Source of the DNA: an uncultured Leptospirales bacterium
GTDB lineage: Bacteria > Spirochaetota > UBA4802 > UBA5368
Direction of reading: 5' to 3'
DNA length: 64,000 nucleotides
Assembly (NCBI GenBank): GCA_964625625.1
Contig: CAZVEG010000002.1
Span: forward strand, 15,865-79,864
The notes under the pieces were generated by a model, which saw only the letters and a program-made list of their open reading frames with translations, did not search any database and was not told where the DNA came from. This document shows, piece by piece, positions 39,713 to 49,415 of this stretch; the first letter of the stretch is position 1, and every line of letters begins with the position of its first letter. The translations under genes were made by a program, and so were the position numbers.

Positions 39713-40045
39713 TCATTTTTTGAACTGCGGACATATTTGAGACGAGCCCGGACGGTAGTCCGCGCACACCCGCGGCCTCACTTCGTATATGGCACACGAG
39801 CACGGGCCGTTTCCCCATTCCAGGAAGGGACAGTGATGAAGCTCCCGGCCGTCGAGCGCCGATACGAGATGGTCCCCCATCCAGACGGCACGCTCGTTAT
39901 CGATGATATGCAGAATGTCCTCGCGCCCGGCGCGCCTCCATGTTTCAATATCCTCCGCGCTCGCACAGGCTATCATGTCGGCAAGACAGCAGGTGCCGCA
40001 CCGCAGACACTCAACGTCGCCATGATGTCTGTCGTTCCCGCCCAT
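39713..40045 (-). CDS. YkgJ-family (CxxCxxCC) zinc/iron-chelating cysteine-cluster protein
   Basis: LRCGTCC ... CPFL ... CSCAIYEVRPRVC cysteine pattern in ~110 aa. Confidence 0.6.
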   Translation of the reverse strand: MGGNDRHHGDVECLRCGTCCLADMIACASAEDIETWRRAGREDILHIIDNERAVWMGDHLVSALDGRELHHCPFLEWGNGPCSCAIYEVRPRVCADYRPGSSQICPQFKK

Positions 40046-40218
40046 CGGAATATCCTATTGCGTCGTCCCGGTCCTGTCAAAGCCATTTCACCCGCCATAT
40101 ACGGCCCCACAGCGCCATCACCAGGCCGAAATTTCCGACGGAGTTTCCGCTTGAACAATACACCCTTCTACCGTATGATCGGACCGTACTATCCGATATT
40201 TGTATTCGAGGAAGCGCA

Positions 40219-42060
40219 ATGACGCGACTGTTGTCGGGATTCATGATCAGGGCGGCGCTGCTGGCGCTTGTCATTCATCCGCATTCCCCCGCGTGGGGCC
40301 TGTCAGAAATGAGCGCAAGGCCCGCCGAAAAGGAGACCTCTATTGTCGCGGGCGGAAGCGGCTATTTCATCATTCAGCTGACGATCCCCGGAGGCTCTTA
40401 CATCTACGGAAATCCCAAAGGGCCCGGAATCGGTAAACCGACCTCGGTGCGCGTGGCTCCCGTCGCGGGCCTCGCGTTCCATCCCGCCCGTTTCCTTCCC
40501 GCCAGGCGGTACACGGCCGCCGGCGAGAAAGATCACGTGTGGATATACGAGAAAACGACAAGCGTTCTCATCCCGTTCGACGCGGCCGACGGAGCGAGGC
40601 CCGCGGTGCACCCCATAAAAATCATGCTGGAGGCCCTTTTGTGCACTCAGGGGTCCTGCATGCCGCAGATGGTGGACCTTACCCACACGATCCGCGTGCT
40701 GCCTCCAGGTGCCAATCCACCCGAATTTGACGCGACGACCCTCGCACGGTATACGATATCCTTAACGGACGCACAGGACCCGGTGGTAATCAGTCGGCCC
40801 CGGGACGAATCGATCAATGACGCTCTCTTCTCCCCGCGTTATGTATCGGCGAGCGACGTCTCGGGCATAATACAGGCCGTGCTCTTCGGCCTCATAGCGG
40901 GTCTTATACTCAATTTCATGCCCTGCGTGCTTCCGGTGGTAAGCCTCAAGCTCATGGGATTCGTGCGACACGCCGGCGAACAGCGCGGTACGCTCATCAG
41001 GCTGGGCCTCCTGTTTTCCCTCGGCATCCTGACCAGCTTCGCCGTGCTGGCGGCGCTCGGCTCATTCCTCGGCTATAACTGGGGCGAGCTTTTCCAGAAG
41101 CGTATCTTTCTCGTCGGCATGATCGCGGTCATCTTCGCCATGGGCCTTTCCCTCCTCGGCGTTTTCACGCTCGGTGTGCCCTCGTTCGCTTCGCGGGCCG
41201 CGCGCGAGATCGGCAATCCCTTCGTCGATTCCTATGTCAAGGGGATCCTCGCCACACTCCTCGCCACGCCCTGCAGCGGGCCTTTCCTCGGCGGGACGCT
41301 CGCGTTCGCATTCACCCAGCCTCCGCCGGTTATATTCGCCATATTCATGAGCATCGGCGTCGGGATGGCGCTTCCCTATCTGGCGCTCGCCGCCGCCCCC
41401 GGGCTCATCCGCTTCGTCCCCAGACCCGGAGACTGGATGATCGCGTTCGAGCAGGCGATGGGCTTTCTGCTGCTCGGCACCACCGTGTATCTGGTGGGCA
41501 TTCTCGGCAGCGACGGCATTCTGCCGTCTCTCTGGTTTCTGCTCGCTCTCGGGATCGGGCTCTGGCAGTATGGAAAGTTCGGAAATATCACACGCGGCGT
41601 GAGAAGCAGGGCCGTCTCCGCCGCGGCACTCGGCATTATCGTCGTCGCAGGATACTGGTTTTCATTCGAGGCTTTCGGAAAAGAGGGTGGGAGCGTCGCC
41701 GTCCAGTCGCGGGCGGAATTCTCCATGGAGGCGCTCAGGGCAAACAGCGTCGCGGGCAGGATATCGATCGTCAAGTTCACCGCGGACTGGTGCCCCAACT
41801 GCGTTCTGGTCGAGAAAACCTCCCTCTACACACCGGACGTCGTCGCCCTGATAAACGAACGGTCCATCACGCTCTTCACGGCGGACCTTACGCGAGAAAA
41901 TCCCGCGGCACAGGAACTCCTGCGCGCGCTCGGCAGCCGATCGATCCCCTTTCTGGCGGTCTTCCCGCCCGGGAAAGGCTTTTTCGAGCCGCTGTGCCTT
42001 CGGGACATCTACAGCGAAAAAGACGTGCTCGAGGCGATCCGGCTGGCGTCGACGCCCTGA
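40219..42060 (+). CDS. dsbD: thiol:disulfide interchange protein DsbD
   Basis: Signal peptide, a periplasmic alpha domain, an 8-TM central domain and a C-terminal thioredoxin domain with CPNC. Start at the ATG at 40219, in frame with ORF 39940. Confidence 0.85.
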   Translation: MTRLLSGFMIRAALLALVIHPHSPAWGLSEMSARPAEKETSIVAGGSGYFIIQLTIPGGSYIYGNPKGPGIGKPTSVRVAPVAGLAFHPARFLPARRYTAAGEKDHVWIYEKTTSVLIPFDAADGARPAVHPIKIMLEALLCTQGSCMPQMVDLTHTIRVLPPGANPPEFDATTLARYTISLTDAQDPVVISRPRDESINDALFSPRYVSASDVSGIIQAVLFGLIAGLILNFMPCVLPVVSLKLMGFVRHAGEQRGTLIRLGLLFSLGILTSFAVLAALGSFLGYNWGELFQKRIFLVGMIAVIFAMGLSLLGVFTLGVPSFASRAAREIGNPFVDSYVKGILATLLATPCSGPFLGGTLAFAFTQPPPVIFAIFMSIGVGMALPYLALAAAPGLIRFVPRPGDWMIAFEQAMGFLLLGTTVYLVGILGSDGILPSLWFLLALGIGLWQYGKFGNITRGVRSRAVSAAALGIIVVAGYWFSFEAFGKEGGSVAVQSRAEFSMEALRANSVAGRISIVKFTADWCPNCVLVEKTSLYTPDVVALINERSITLFTADLTRENPAAQELLRALGSRSIPFLAVFPPGKGFFEPLCLRDIYSEKDVLEAIRLASTP

Positions 42061-42093
42061 ACTCCCGGCAAATCCGGTGAAATCCCGGTACGC

Positions 42094-42894
42094 TCACCGG
42101 CATGCCCGATTGACGCTTTCAACGTACAGCGTCGCCAGGGGCAGCGCGGAATCCGATCCCGCGAAGCCGTCCTCCTCCACGATGCGTTCCGGAGAATTCT
42201 TAAAAATCCGGATCCAGTCCGCTAAAAGATCCCTGGCCAGCGGCATATATGACCAGTGCCACTTTTCTTCCAGATATCCGGCGGAGCGCCCGGCCGTATA
42301 CGGCTGGCAAAATCCGTAGGAGTGCGCGTTTGCGGCAAGCCATAGATAAAGGGTCCTGCCCGCTCCCGATTCGTAATAGCCATTGTCGAGCGCCTGGAGG
42401 TCGAAGTCGGTCCCCCAGTGATGCCGCGAGGTGCCGGGCATCGAGGAAAACTCGAGTATCTTCAGCGACCGTGCCGCCGGATCAACGATCGTTTCATTAA
42501 GCCGCGCCCCTCCGACCGGAGTATGCCCGCGCCACTTGCTTTCCCATATGGCTTTCTGTCGGTCCCAGTTCCGGGTCGAGCTCCTTACCCTGAAATCAAT
42601 GCCCGGATGGGCCTTGCTGAAATCGCGATACATCGCCGCAAGCGCCTCCGCGGCCTCGCGGCGAAGATACTGCCGCTCCCCCTTCACCGGGATACCGAGC
42701 ATAGAGAGCTCGATAAAGTCCGGAGTCCTCACCGGATCGAAGCGGCCCGTCAGGTATTTTTCCGGCGCGATCCCGACGTACGAAACCGGATCACCTTCCC
42801 CACCGCATACCGCGGTCCCCACCGCGGCCAGAATTCCCAGCACAAGCGGGAAAATGAACGCCGTTATCTGCGATCTCACGCCGACGGTGCTCAC
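42094..42894 (-). CDS. M15-family D-alanyl-D-alanine carboxypeptidase (VanY-like)
   Basis: SRHHWGTDFD motif resembling the VanY/M15B Zn-binding H-x-x-x-x-x-x-D pattern. N-terminal membrane anchor. Confidence 0.6.
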   Translation of the reverse strand: MSTVGVRSQITAFIFPLVLGILAAVGTAVCGGEGDPVSYVGIAPEKYLTGRFDPVRTPDFIELSMLGIPVKGERQYLRREAAEALAAMYRDFSKAHPGIDFRVRSSTRNWDRQKAIWESKWRGHTPVGGARLNETIVDPAARSLKILEFSSMPGTSRHHWGTDFDLQALDNGYYESGAGRTLYLWLAANAHSYGFCQPYTAGRSAGYLEEKWHWSYMPLARDLLADWIRIFKNSPERIVEEDGFAGSDSALPLATLYVESVNRACR

Positions 42895-43856
42895 TTCGCT
42901 CTTTCGGTTACGTGGATATAATCGGCTATCGGCCTGGTGATGGATTTAAGGCGCTCGTGGGTGATGCCGGTATCGCGCGCCATCATCCGTTCACGCTCCC
43001 CGAGGCGCAGGTCACCGCTTTCGGAGAGGATGATGATGCGCTCGACGATCCCCGGAACGCGACGCTCGACCCGGGAGGGCACCCCAAGGCCATACGCGAA
43101 ATGCGCCGCCCCCCCGAGGACGACGGCGATGTCATGCCTGCCTGCGGTTCGATCCATCAAAAGCCTCCCGGCCAGCGTATCCGCCATCTTCTCGTCGCGG
43201 GCGACCTGTGCCTCGTACATTCGGCGAAGCCCGTCTTCCCTGGTGAAAGCATGCACGGGCAGCATCATTCCAAGAAGACGCTCGTGCACATCGTTTTTCA
43301 GGTCGATCTCGGCCGGCAGCCCGGCACGCTCTTTCTCCTCCAGCGCCGAAAGTCCGGCGCGGGCGACGGCGCGAATCACTTCAGCGCGCGCATTTAACGC
43401 CAGGACCGAGCCCCCGCCGGCCCTGCATGCTTCCAGAACGGCGCGGTAATCGCGGTAATTGCTCCACCGCCGTTCCCAGTCCGTTTCCGAGGCGAGCCTG
43501 TCGAAATCGATCTCCCCGCGGTTGAAGCGGTCGAGTACCGGCTGGTGATGCGCCTCCATCTGCTCCATGCCGAGAAGTACGGTTCTGCCTTTTGCGGAAA
43601 ACGTCTCGACGAGCAGGCGCTGCATATCGTGATGCCGCCTGAGGCCGTGCCGCTCTCCGATGTATATCACCCCCGCCTTCAGGCAATCATCGATCACCGA
43701 ATCGAACCTTACCGGCTCTCCCGCATAGACGTCGAGCCAGAGCGAGCACCTCGCCGACGGCGCATCGGCCTCCTCGCCGGCGCCGGAAGCGGGTGGCGGT
43801 GCGGCGATGATCGCGGAAAGAAACGCGAATACGACCGCTTTTTTGAATTCCATCAT
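42891..43856 (-). CDS. ChaN-family (haem-binding uptake / Tiki-like) protein with signal peptide
   Basis: VIYIGERHG motif with downstream conserved His/Glu positions typical of the ChaN family. ATGA overlap with the downstream M15 gene. Confidence 0.55.
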   Translation of the reverse strand: MMEFKKAVVFAFLSAIIAAPPPASGAGEEADAPSARCSLWLDVYAGEPVRFDSVIDDCLKAGVIYIGERHGLRRHHDMQRLLVETFSAKGRTVLLGMEQMEAHHQPVLDRFNRGEIDFDRLASETDWERRWSNYRDYRAVLEACRAGGGSVLALNARAEVIRAVARAGLSALEEKERAGLPAEIDLKNDVHERLLGMMLPVHAFTREDGLRRMYEAQVARDEKMADTLAGRLLMDRTAGRHDIAVVLGGAAHFAYGLGVPSRVERRVPGIVERIIILSESGDLRLGERERMMARDTGITHERLKSITRPIADYIHVTERAK

Positions 43857-43943
43857 GCGATTTTCACCGGATGTGTATAGTATCCGAAAGGAATCGGCGA
43901 TTGGAACGCGAAGCGCCGATCGATAAGCCGTGAGGCAAAACCG

Positions 43944-44639
43944 TCAGACGCCGCGCAACTCGCACAGGTCGGCGAAAGAAGCCACATATTCGCGGAAGCC
44001 GCGAAGCGTTTCCACGGGATAGGGCCGGAGATCATGGAAGGACTCGTCCAGCGTGACATCGGGCACGAACTGCTGCAGGAAATACCGTTTAACGCGGCCG
44101 AGCGCCGCCCCGATGCTTCCGAAGTCCTCCAGTGTCACGTATTGCGGGATGCAGGTGGTCCGGAGCTCATAATCCAGCCCGGAATTTTTCACTATACCGA
44201 CCGTTTCGATGACGCGGGAAAAATCGACATGCCGCCCCACGACGAAATCGTACTTCCGCGGCGATGTCTTGATGTCGATCGCAACGTAATCGACAAGCCC
44301 CCTGTCGACAAGCCGGGCGACCACCGCGGGATTGAGGCCGTTGGTGTCGATCTTTACCGCCATGGACATCTCCTTGACGGCGCCGATGAAGGATTCCAGG
44401 TTTCCCGAGAGGGTGGGCTCTCCGCCCGAGATGGTCACGCCGTCGATAACGCCCCGGCGTTTTTTCACAAAGCTCAACGCCTCGTCGTTGGAATACGATT
44501 CCAGGCAGCCGCTGTTGCAGGCGAGCTCCGGATTATGGCAGTACCCGCACCGGAGGTTGCAGCCCCCGGTGAAGAAAACCGAGCAGATCCTACCGGGGAA
44601 GTCTATCAGCGAGGTCTTGTGTATTCCCTTTATATTCAT
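43944..44639 (-). CDS. nrdG: anaerobic ribonucleoside-triphosphate reductase activating protein (radical SAM)
   Basis: SLIDFPGRICSVFFTGGCNLRCGYCHNPEL, the canonical CX3CX2C NrdG N-terminus. Confidence 0.9.
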   Translation of the reverse strand: MNIKGIHKTSLIDFPGRICSVFFTGGCNLRCGYCHNPELACNSGCLESYSNDEALSFVKKRRGVIDGVTISGGEPTLSGNLESFIGAVKEMSMAVKIDTNGLNPAVVARLVDRGLVDYVAIDIKTSPRKYDFVVGRHVDFSRVIETVGIVKNSGLDYELRTTCIPQYVTLEDFGSIGAALGRVKRYFLQQFVPDVTLDESFHDLRPYPVETLRGFREYVASFADLCELRGV

Positions 44640-44787
44640 ATATGCACGCTTCTTTGACGTCCTTGAGAGAAAACTCCCTCCTCTCGTTGAACTCCTCCCG
44701 CTTGCCCTTGTTCCACTGGTTCACCGGCCTGAAATAGCCGACCACTCGGGAATAAACCTCAACGGGAACCTGCCTGTCCTTCTTCAT
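44590..44787 (-). CDS. standalone glycyl-radical domain protein matching the C-terminal radical loop of NrdD
   Basis: VEVYSRVVGYFRPVNQWNKGKREEFNERR matches the NrdD C-terminal RVxGY glycyl-radical motif. Its own AGGAGA RBS lies in the 16-nt gap after the nrdD stop. The 3' end overlaps nrdG by 50 nt. Confidence 0.6.
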   Translation of the reverse strand: MKKDRQVPVEVYSRVVGYFRPVNQWNKGKREEFNERREFSLKDVKEACIYEYKGNTQDLADRLPR

Positions 44788-44803
44788 ATTTCCATATCTC
44801 CTG

Positions 44804-46873
44804 TTACATGGCTATCTTTTTATTATAATCGGCATCTCTGGCCGTAATCTCAACGCCGAATTTCTCCAGTTCCTCTTCCGTGTGCTCGTACGGGCAGAAT
44901 TTATGGGCGCCCGCGATATACCCGTGCACCGGGCAGATGCTGAATGTCGGGGTGATGGTAAAATAGGGAAGCGAGTAATTCTCGGCGATGCGGCGCACCA
45001 GGTGCTTGACCATCTGCGGATCGTCGATCTTTTCGCCGATAAAGCCGTGCACGACTGTCCCGCCGGTAAACCGCGTCTGGAGGTCGTCCTGGTGGTCCAG
45101 CGCGTCGAAGATGTCGTCCGTGTGTCCGACCGGCAGATGTACCGAGTTGGTATAATACGGCTCGTTCGTCCCGGCCGATTTTATCTCGGGATACGCGGCC
45201 CTGTCGTGCTTGGCGAAACGGTAGCTCACCCCCTCGGCGGGTGTCGCCTCCAGGTTGTAGAGGTTCCCGGTCTCGTCCTGGTATCCGCGTATGCGCTCCC
45301 TCATGAAGTCGAGCACGCGTATGGTGAACTCCTTGCCCTCGGCGGAGGCGATATCCCGTCCGAGCAGGTTGACGCAGGTTTCGTTCATCCCGACCAGGCC
45401 GATCGTCGAGAAATGGTTCAACCAGTAACGGCCGTTGCGCTCGTAGATGTCCGAGAGATATACCCTGGTATAGGGATACAGGTTGCTCAGCGTGAAATTC
45501 TCCAGCACCTTCCGCTTTATCTCGAGCGAATCCTTCGCGAGGTCCATGAGATGCGCGAGCCGCTCGAAAAAGTCCGCTTCGTCATTCGCGAGGTAGCCGA
45601 GCCTCGGCATGTTTATGGTCACCACCCCGATGCTTCCGGTAAGCGGGTTCGCCCCGAAGAGACCCCCGCCGCGGCTTCTAAGCTCCCTGTTGTCGAGCCT
45701 CAGGCGGCAGCACATGGAGCGCGCGTCTTCCGGGTCCATGTCCGAGTTGACGAAATTGGCGAAATAAGGAATGCCGTATTTCGCCGTCATCTCCCACAAC
45801 CGGTCGTGCGCGGGATTTTCCCAGTCGAAATCGACAGTGATGTTATAGGTCGGTATCGGGAAGGTGAAGATGCGGTTGCGCGCGTCGCCCTCCAGCAGGC
45901 ACTCGGCGAACGCCACGTTGAAGACGTTCATCTCCTCCTGGAACTCCGCGTATTTCCTGTCGCGGATCTCTCCGCCTATAACCACGTACTCCTCGCCGAT
46001 TGTCGAAGGCACCTTGAGGTCGAGCGTAACGTTGGTGAACGGGGTCTGAAAACCGACCCGGGTAGGGATGTTCATGTTGAACACGAACTCCTGCAGACAC
46101 TGCTTCACCTCGGCCCTTGTAAGCCTGTCATAGAATATAAACGGCGCAAGATAGGTATCGAAGTTCGCGAAGGCCTGGGCGCCGGCCGATTCGCCCTGCA
46201 GCGTGTAAAAGAAATTCACCACCTGGCCGAGCGCGCTGCGAAAGTGCTTCGCCGGGCGGCTTTCGACTTTACCGGGCACCCCTCCGAATCCCCGCAGCAA
46301 CAGGTCCCTGAGATCCCATCCGACACAATACGCGGACAGGAGCCCCAGGTCGTGAAGATGGAAATCGCACGAAACGTGGGCCTCGCGGATCTTCGGCGGA
46401 TACAGGCGCTCAAGCCAGTATTTGGCGGTGATCGCGGAGGCGATATGGTTGTTCAATCCCTGCAGGGAATAGCTCATGTTGCTGTTTTCGTTGACGCGCC
46501 AGTCGGAGCGGTCGAGATACTGCTCGATGAGCTGTATGCCCTCGTTGAGGAGATCCTTGCCTTCGCGGATTTTGCGGTGCTGCTCACGGTAGAGGATGAA
46601 CGCCTTGGCGACCCGCGCGTGCCCCCGTTCGATGAGCATCTTCTCGACAAGGTCCTGAACGTTTTCCACCGTGGGGGTTCTGCCTTCCTTGTAATGCAGT
46701 ATATTCAGGATACCCACCACGGAATCGCATACCGACTGCGCTGTCTCCCTGTTACTCCCGCCAACCGCCTTCGCCGCCTTGAAAATGGCGTCGGTGATCT
46801 TTTCGGCATCGAAGGGGAGAATGCGTCCATCCCTTTTACGTATATACTGCACCCGGGATGTATTATCTTCCAT
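44804..46873 (-). CDS. nrdD: anaerobic ribonucleoside-triphosphate reductase large subunit (class III), with ATP-cone, lacking C-terminal glycyl-radical loop
   Basis: N-terminal ATP-cone (VQYIRKRDGRILPFDAEKI) and the class III RNR barrel. A C-terminal Cys/His zinc-ribbon CPVHG...CPYEH is followed by only 25 aa with no RVxGY motif before the TAA stop. Confidence 0.9.
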   Translation of the reverse strand: MEDNTSRVQYIRKRDGRILPFDAEKITDAIFKAAKAVGGSNRETAQSVCDSVVGILNILHYKEGRTPTVENVQDLVEKMLIERGHARVAKAFILYREQHRKIREGKDLLNEGIQLIEQYLDRSDWRVNENSNMSYSLQGLNNHIASAITAKYWLERLYPPKIREAHVSCDFHLHDLGLLSAYCVGWDLRDLLLRGFGGVPGKVESRPAKHFRSALGQVVNFFYTLQGESAGAQAFANFDTYLAPFIFYDRLTRAEVKQCLQEFVFNMNIPTRVGFQTPFTNVTLDLKVPSTIGEEYVVIGGEIRDRKYAEFQEEMNVFNVAFAECLLEGDARNRIFTFPIPTYNITVDFDWENPAHDRLWEMTAKYGIPYFANFVNSDMDPEDARSMCCRLRLDNRELRSRGGGLFGANPLTGSIGVVTINMPRLGYLANDEADFFERLAHLMDLAKDSLEIKRKVLENFTLSNLYPYTRVYLSDIYERNGRYWLNHFSTIGLVGMNETCVNLLGRDIASAEGKEFTIRVLDFMRERIRGYQDETGNLYNLEATPAEGVSYRFAKHDRAAYPEIKSAGTNEPYYTNSVHLPVGHTDDIFDALDHQDDLQTRFTGGTVVHGFIGEKIDDPQMVKHLVRRIAENYSLPYFTITPTFSICPVHGYIAGAHKFCPYEHTEEELEKFGVEITARDADYNKKIAM

Positions 46874-47300
46874 TAGGAAATACTCCAGATGTTCTTATTC
46901 TTTCGATTTCATTACTTCTGCAAGTAACGGTTGAAATACGGGGCCGCTCTCGTGAAGCACAGCAGGATCACACCAGACGGAGCAGTAACATTTTTATATC
47001 AGGCGCCCGAACCGCGATTCATGAAGCTAACCCCGTTTTGACCATCCGTCAAGGAAAATATTATGTCTCAATAAAAAAACGGAGCCGAACTCGCTTAAAC
47101 ATCATTATCAATAATATGATTATATAAAATACTATAAACAAAATACTCTAGACGCATTAAACCGCCAAATCCCCGATAAATCGTTCCAGCGGGTGATCGT
47201 TCGTTTGAATATGAATTTGGCTGCAGGCCCGACGCCCGGATGCCGAAAAAGGATTCAGGCGGTGCGGTCGTCACCGTCAGACGAATCACCGGAGGCAATT

Positions 47301-47822
47301 ATGAAAAAACGCGCTCTTCCCATAATCTCAACGATCCTGATGCTGCTCTTCATCATGCCGCTCGCCGGCGCGGAATACAAGGGCACCATCATCGACCAGA
47401 TCCGCCTCGCCGTCGGCGACATACCCCAGGGCTTCGTCTACGGAAGCATTCCGCCCTTCGCCCAGCGGGTGATCAGGGAAAATCCATGGAAGTTCGACCG
47501 GGCCGCCATCAAGAGGCTTACCAGGGAAATATACCCCGATGGCGATCCCGGCAGGGTAGCGGACATCCACATGACCATTCTCACGCGTCCGACCACGCCA
47601 TTCGGAGACGATATCGTGTGCTATATAATCGTTTATAACGACATGACGTCGGCGAAAAACGAGATCAAGAAGATCACGGATTTTGTCGGATATAATGCCG
47701 ATCGCGCCATCGTATCGGTTCGGGAGAACGTGGTTGTCTTCCTTCATGCCGACGACACCGACGATTTTCCCGTCATCAGGGAGATGATGAAAAAAATCGG
47801 CGACAGGCTGGATAACCTGTAA
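47301..47822 (+). CDS. secreted hypothetical protein
   Basis: ATG at 47301 with a GGAGG RBS and a signal peptide MKKRALPIISTILMLLFIMPLAGA. No recognisable domain. Confidence 0.4.
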   Translation: MKKRALPIISTILMLLFIMPLAGAEYKGTIIDQIRLAVGDIPQGFVYGSIPPFAQRVIRENPWKFDRAAIKRLTREIYPDGDPGRVADIHMTILTRPTTPFGDDIVCYIIVYNDMTSAKNEIKKITDFVGYNADRAIVSVRENVVVFLHADDTDDFPVIREMMKKIGDRLDNL

Positions 47823-47829
47823 GGACGGG

Positions 47830-48234
47830 CTAGGTCGCGTCGTCTTTCAGCAGCACTTCCTCGAGCTCGTCGGCTTTCGCCGCGATATACGTGAGCGATT
47901 TGAGAAACCTGCGCGGATCGCAATCCTGAAGCAGGATGGAGTTGCGGAGCACCAGGGTATCGTCCACGAGAGCGAGTGATCCGAGCGGCAGCGTAGCGTT
48001 CATCTGCAGCGCATACTTGAAGAGCTCGCAGAAATCGCCCTTCATTTTTCCGATCGAAGAATAATAATTGATGATGCGGTCGCCGACCTCGTCCTTGGTG
48101 AGCGTGACGAGCACCTGCTGCGACCGGTCGTTGTCGAATCCGATCTCGGTGGAATACGCGCCGGGTCCGTCTTTATGGAACTTCAGCTTGAACTCCGCGG
48201 CGATGGCCGCTATAAAACCGTCGAATACTTCCAT
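47830..48234 (-). CDS. YbjN-like / secretion-chaperone-fold small cytoplasmic protein (hypothetical)
   Basis: 134-aa acidic protein. The tentative match to the YbjN / T3SS-chaperone-like family rests on size and pattern only. Confidence 0.3.
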   Translation of the reverse strand: MEVFDGFIAAIAAEFKLKFHKDGPGAYSTEIGFDNDRSQQVLVTLTKDEVGDRIINYYSSIGKMKGDFCELFKYALQMNATLPLGSLALVDDTLVLRNSILLQDCDPRRFLKSLTYIAAKADELEEVLLKDDAT

Positions 48235-48295
48235 TATTCAGCTCTCCTTGTAGTTAACCCGGGAGTAAACCGCGAAGCGCTCCCTGATAATTTAA

Positions 48296-49036
48296 TCATG
48301 ATTGGAACAGCGCGGCGACCGCTTCGCGCTTGATGTTTCCCTGGGCGACAAGGGCCGCGCCCGCATCGAGACCGATGGATTCACGAAGCCTGGTCCCCGT
48401 TTCGGCGAGCGCCGCGTCCGCGCTGCCGATGGCGTATTCCCTCGCCATGTCCAGACCCTTTCTCGTGAGCAGGGCTACCGTTTTCTCGGTATCGGTGAAC
48501 CTGTTTTCCATCCTGGTCCGAAGCGTGTCGATCCGGGAAGCATCCACCGCCCTGCCCTCCTTCATTTCCGCCGCATAAGCGGACATCTCCCTGAAGGCGG
48601 CGCTTATTTCCGTCCGCAGCGCCTTCATCCCTTCAATGTCACCTGCGGGTTGCGGATTCAGCGCGGCCACCGGAAGCGCCTCCGAGCCGAACATTCCGGC
48701 ATACTCCCCCAGGGTGGCCGACAGCTCGGCGCTTATACCGGCGATCCCCTCGTAATCGACGCGACGCGATGCCATTGCGTCCATGGCCATGTTTCGCAGT
48801 CGGGACGATATCTCCACCGCTCTCTGAAGTACGTGCTGCGCCATCTGGGCGATGCTGAGGGCCTCGGTTATGCGGCGCTCACCGGTCTGCCTGTCGGATG
48901 ACCACCGGAGCCCGGGCTCCGCCCGCCTGTCGTCGATTACCGGGGCGGATGCCCCGGGGTTGCCCCGCCTCACGCCGGGGTTCGCGAGCACGCGGCTTTC
49001 AACCCCGAGCTTTATCATATCGGTATTTATCTTCAT
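48296..49036 (-). CDS. protein with flagellin/FlgL-like N-terminal export-type segment (hypothetical)
   Basis: The N-terminus MKINTDMIKLG resembles the MRISTQM / MIINHNM starts of FlgL and flagellin. GLRWSSDRQTGE resembles the flagellin GLRINSAKDDAAG signature, and LSIAQMAQHVLQRAVEIS resembles ISIAQTAEGAL..LQRIRELA. It is not colinear with full flagellin. Start at an internal ATG. Confidence 0.35.
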   Translation of the reverse strand: MKINTDMIKLGVESRVLANPGVRRGNPGASAPVIDDRRAEPGLRWSSDRQTGERRITEALSIAQMAQHVLQRAVEISSRLRNMAMDAMASRRVDYEGIAGISAELSATLGEYAGMFGSEALPVAALNPQPAGDIEGMKALRTEISAAFREMSAYAAEMKEGRAVDASRIDTLRTRMENRFTDTEKTVALLTRKGLDMAREYAIGSADAALAETGTRLRESIGLDAGAALVAQGNIKREAVAALFQS

Positions 49037-49184
49037 TGGCGTCTTCCCGATCCACGCGGGAAGAAGTATATATTCACGGCCTTCCGATGTCAATTTAATT
49101 GCTTTATGACGCGATCAGATTTAATGATAAAATGGATTGCACCGGAGAAACGTCCGGGCCATAATCCCCCCATGGAGGTCAGCG

Positions 49185-49391
49185 ATGCGGACATGCCGTG
49201 CGATAGCCCTGACGCTTGCCGTAATCACGGCCGTGTACGGGTGTAAACAGAAGGAGCGAAACGAGGTGCCGCTCGAGCAGATCGAGATCGACCGGTCCAC
49301 CAACTACCGTTTCATTTTCAGGGAAACGATTGACAGGCAGGCCGAAGAATCCCGAAAGGGAAAGAAAGACCCCTTTGCCGACAAACGATGA
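49185..49391 (+). CDS. small lipoprotein (hypothetical)
   Basis: ATG with a GGAGG RBS. Lipobox LAVITAVYGC. 68 aa. Confidence 0.35.
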   Translation: MRTCRAIALTLAVITAVYGCKQKERNEVPLEQIEIDRSTNYRFIFRETIDRQAEESRKGKKDPFADKR

Positions 49392-49415
49392 GCTCTCATG
49401 TGAAGTGCGGCCCGG

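Noticed and set aside
46880-47000. Possible NrdR box or oxygen-responsive operator upstream of nrdD.
   Set aside because: I could not identify a convincing 16-bp NrdR-type palindrome by eye. The region is merely AT-rich. It needs a motif scan.
46858-47298. Small ORFs (46858-47127 plus strand, 47095-47298 minus strand) in the AT-rich spacer downstream of nrdD.
   Set aside because: They have Ile/Asn/Lys-rich compositions typical of random translation of AT-rich DNA. There is no RBS and they overlap each other.
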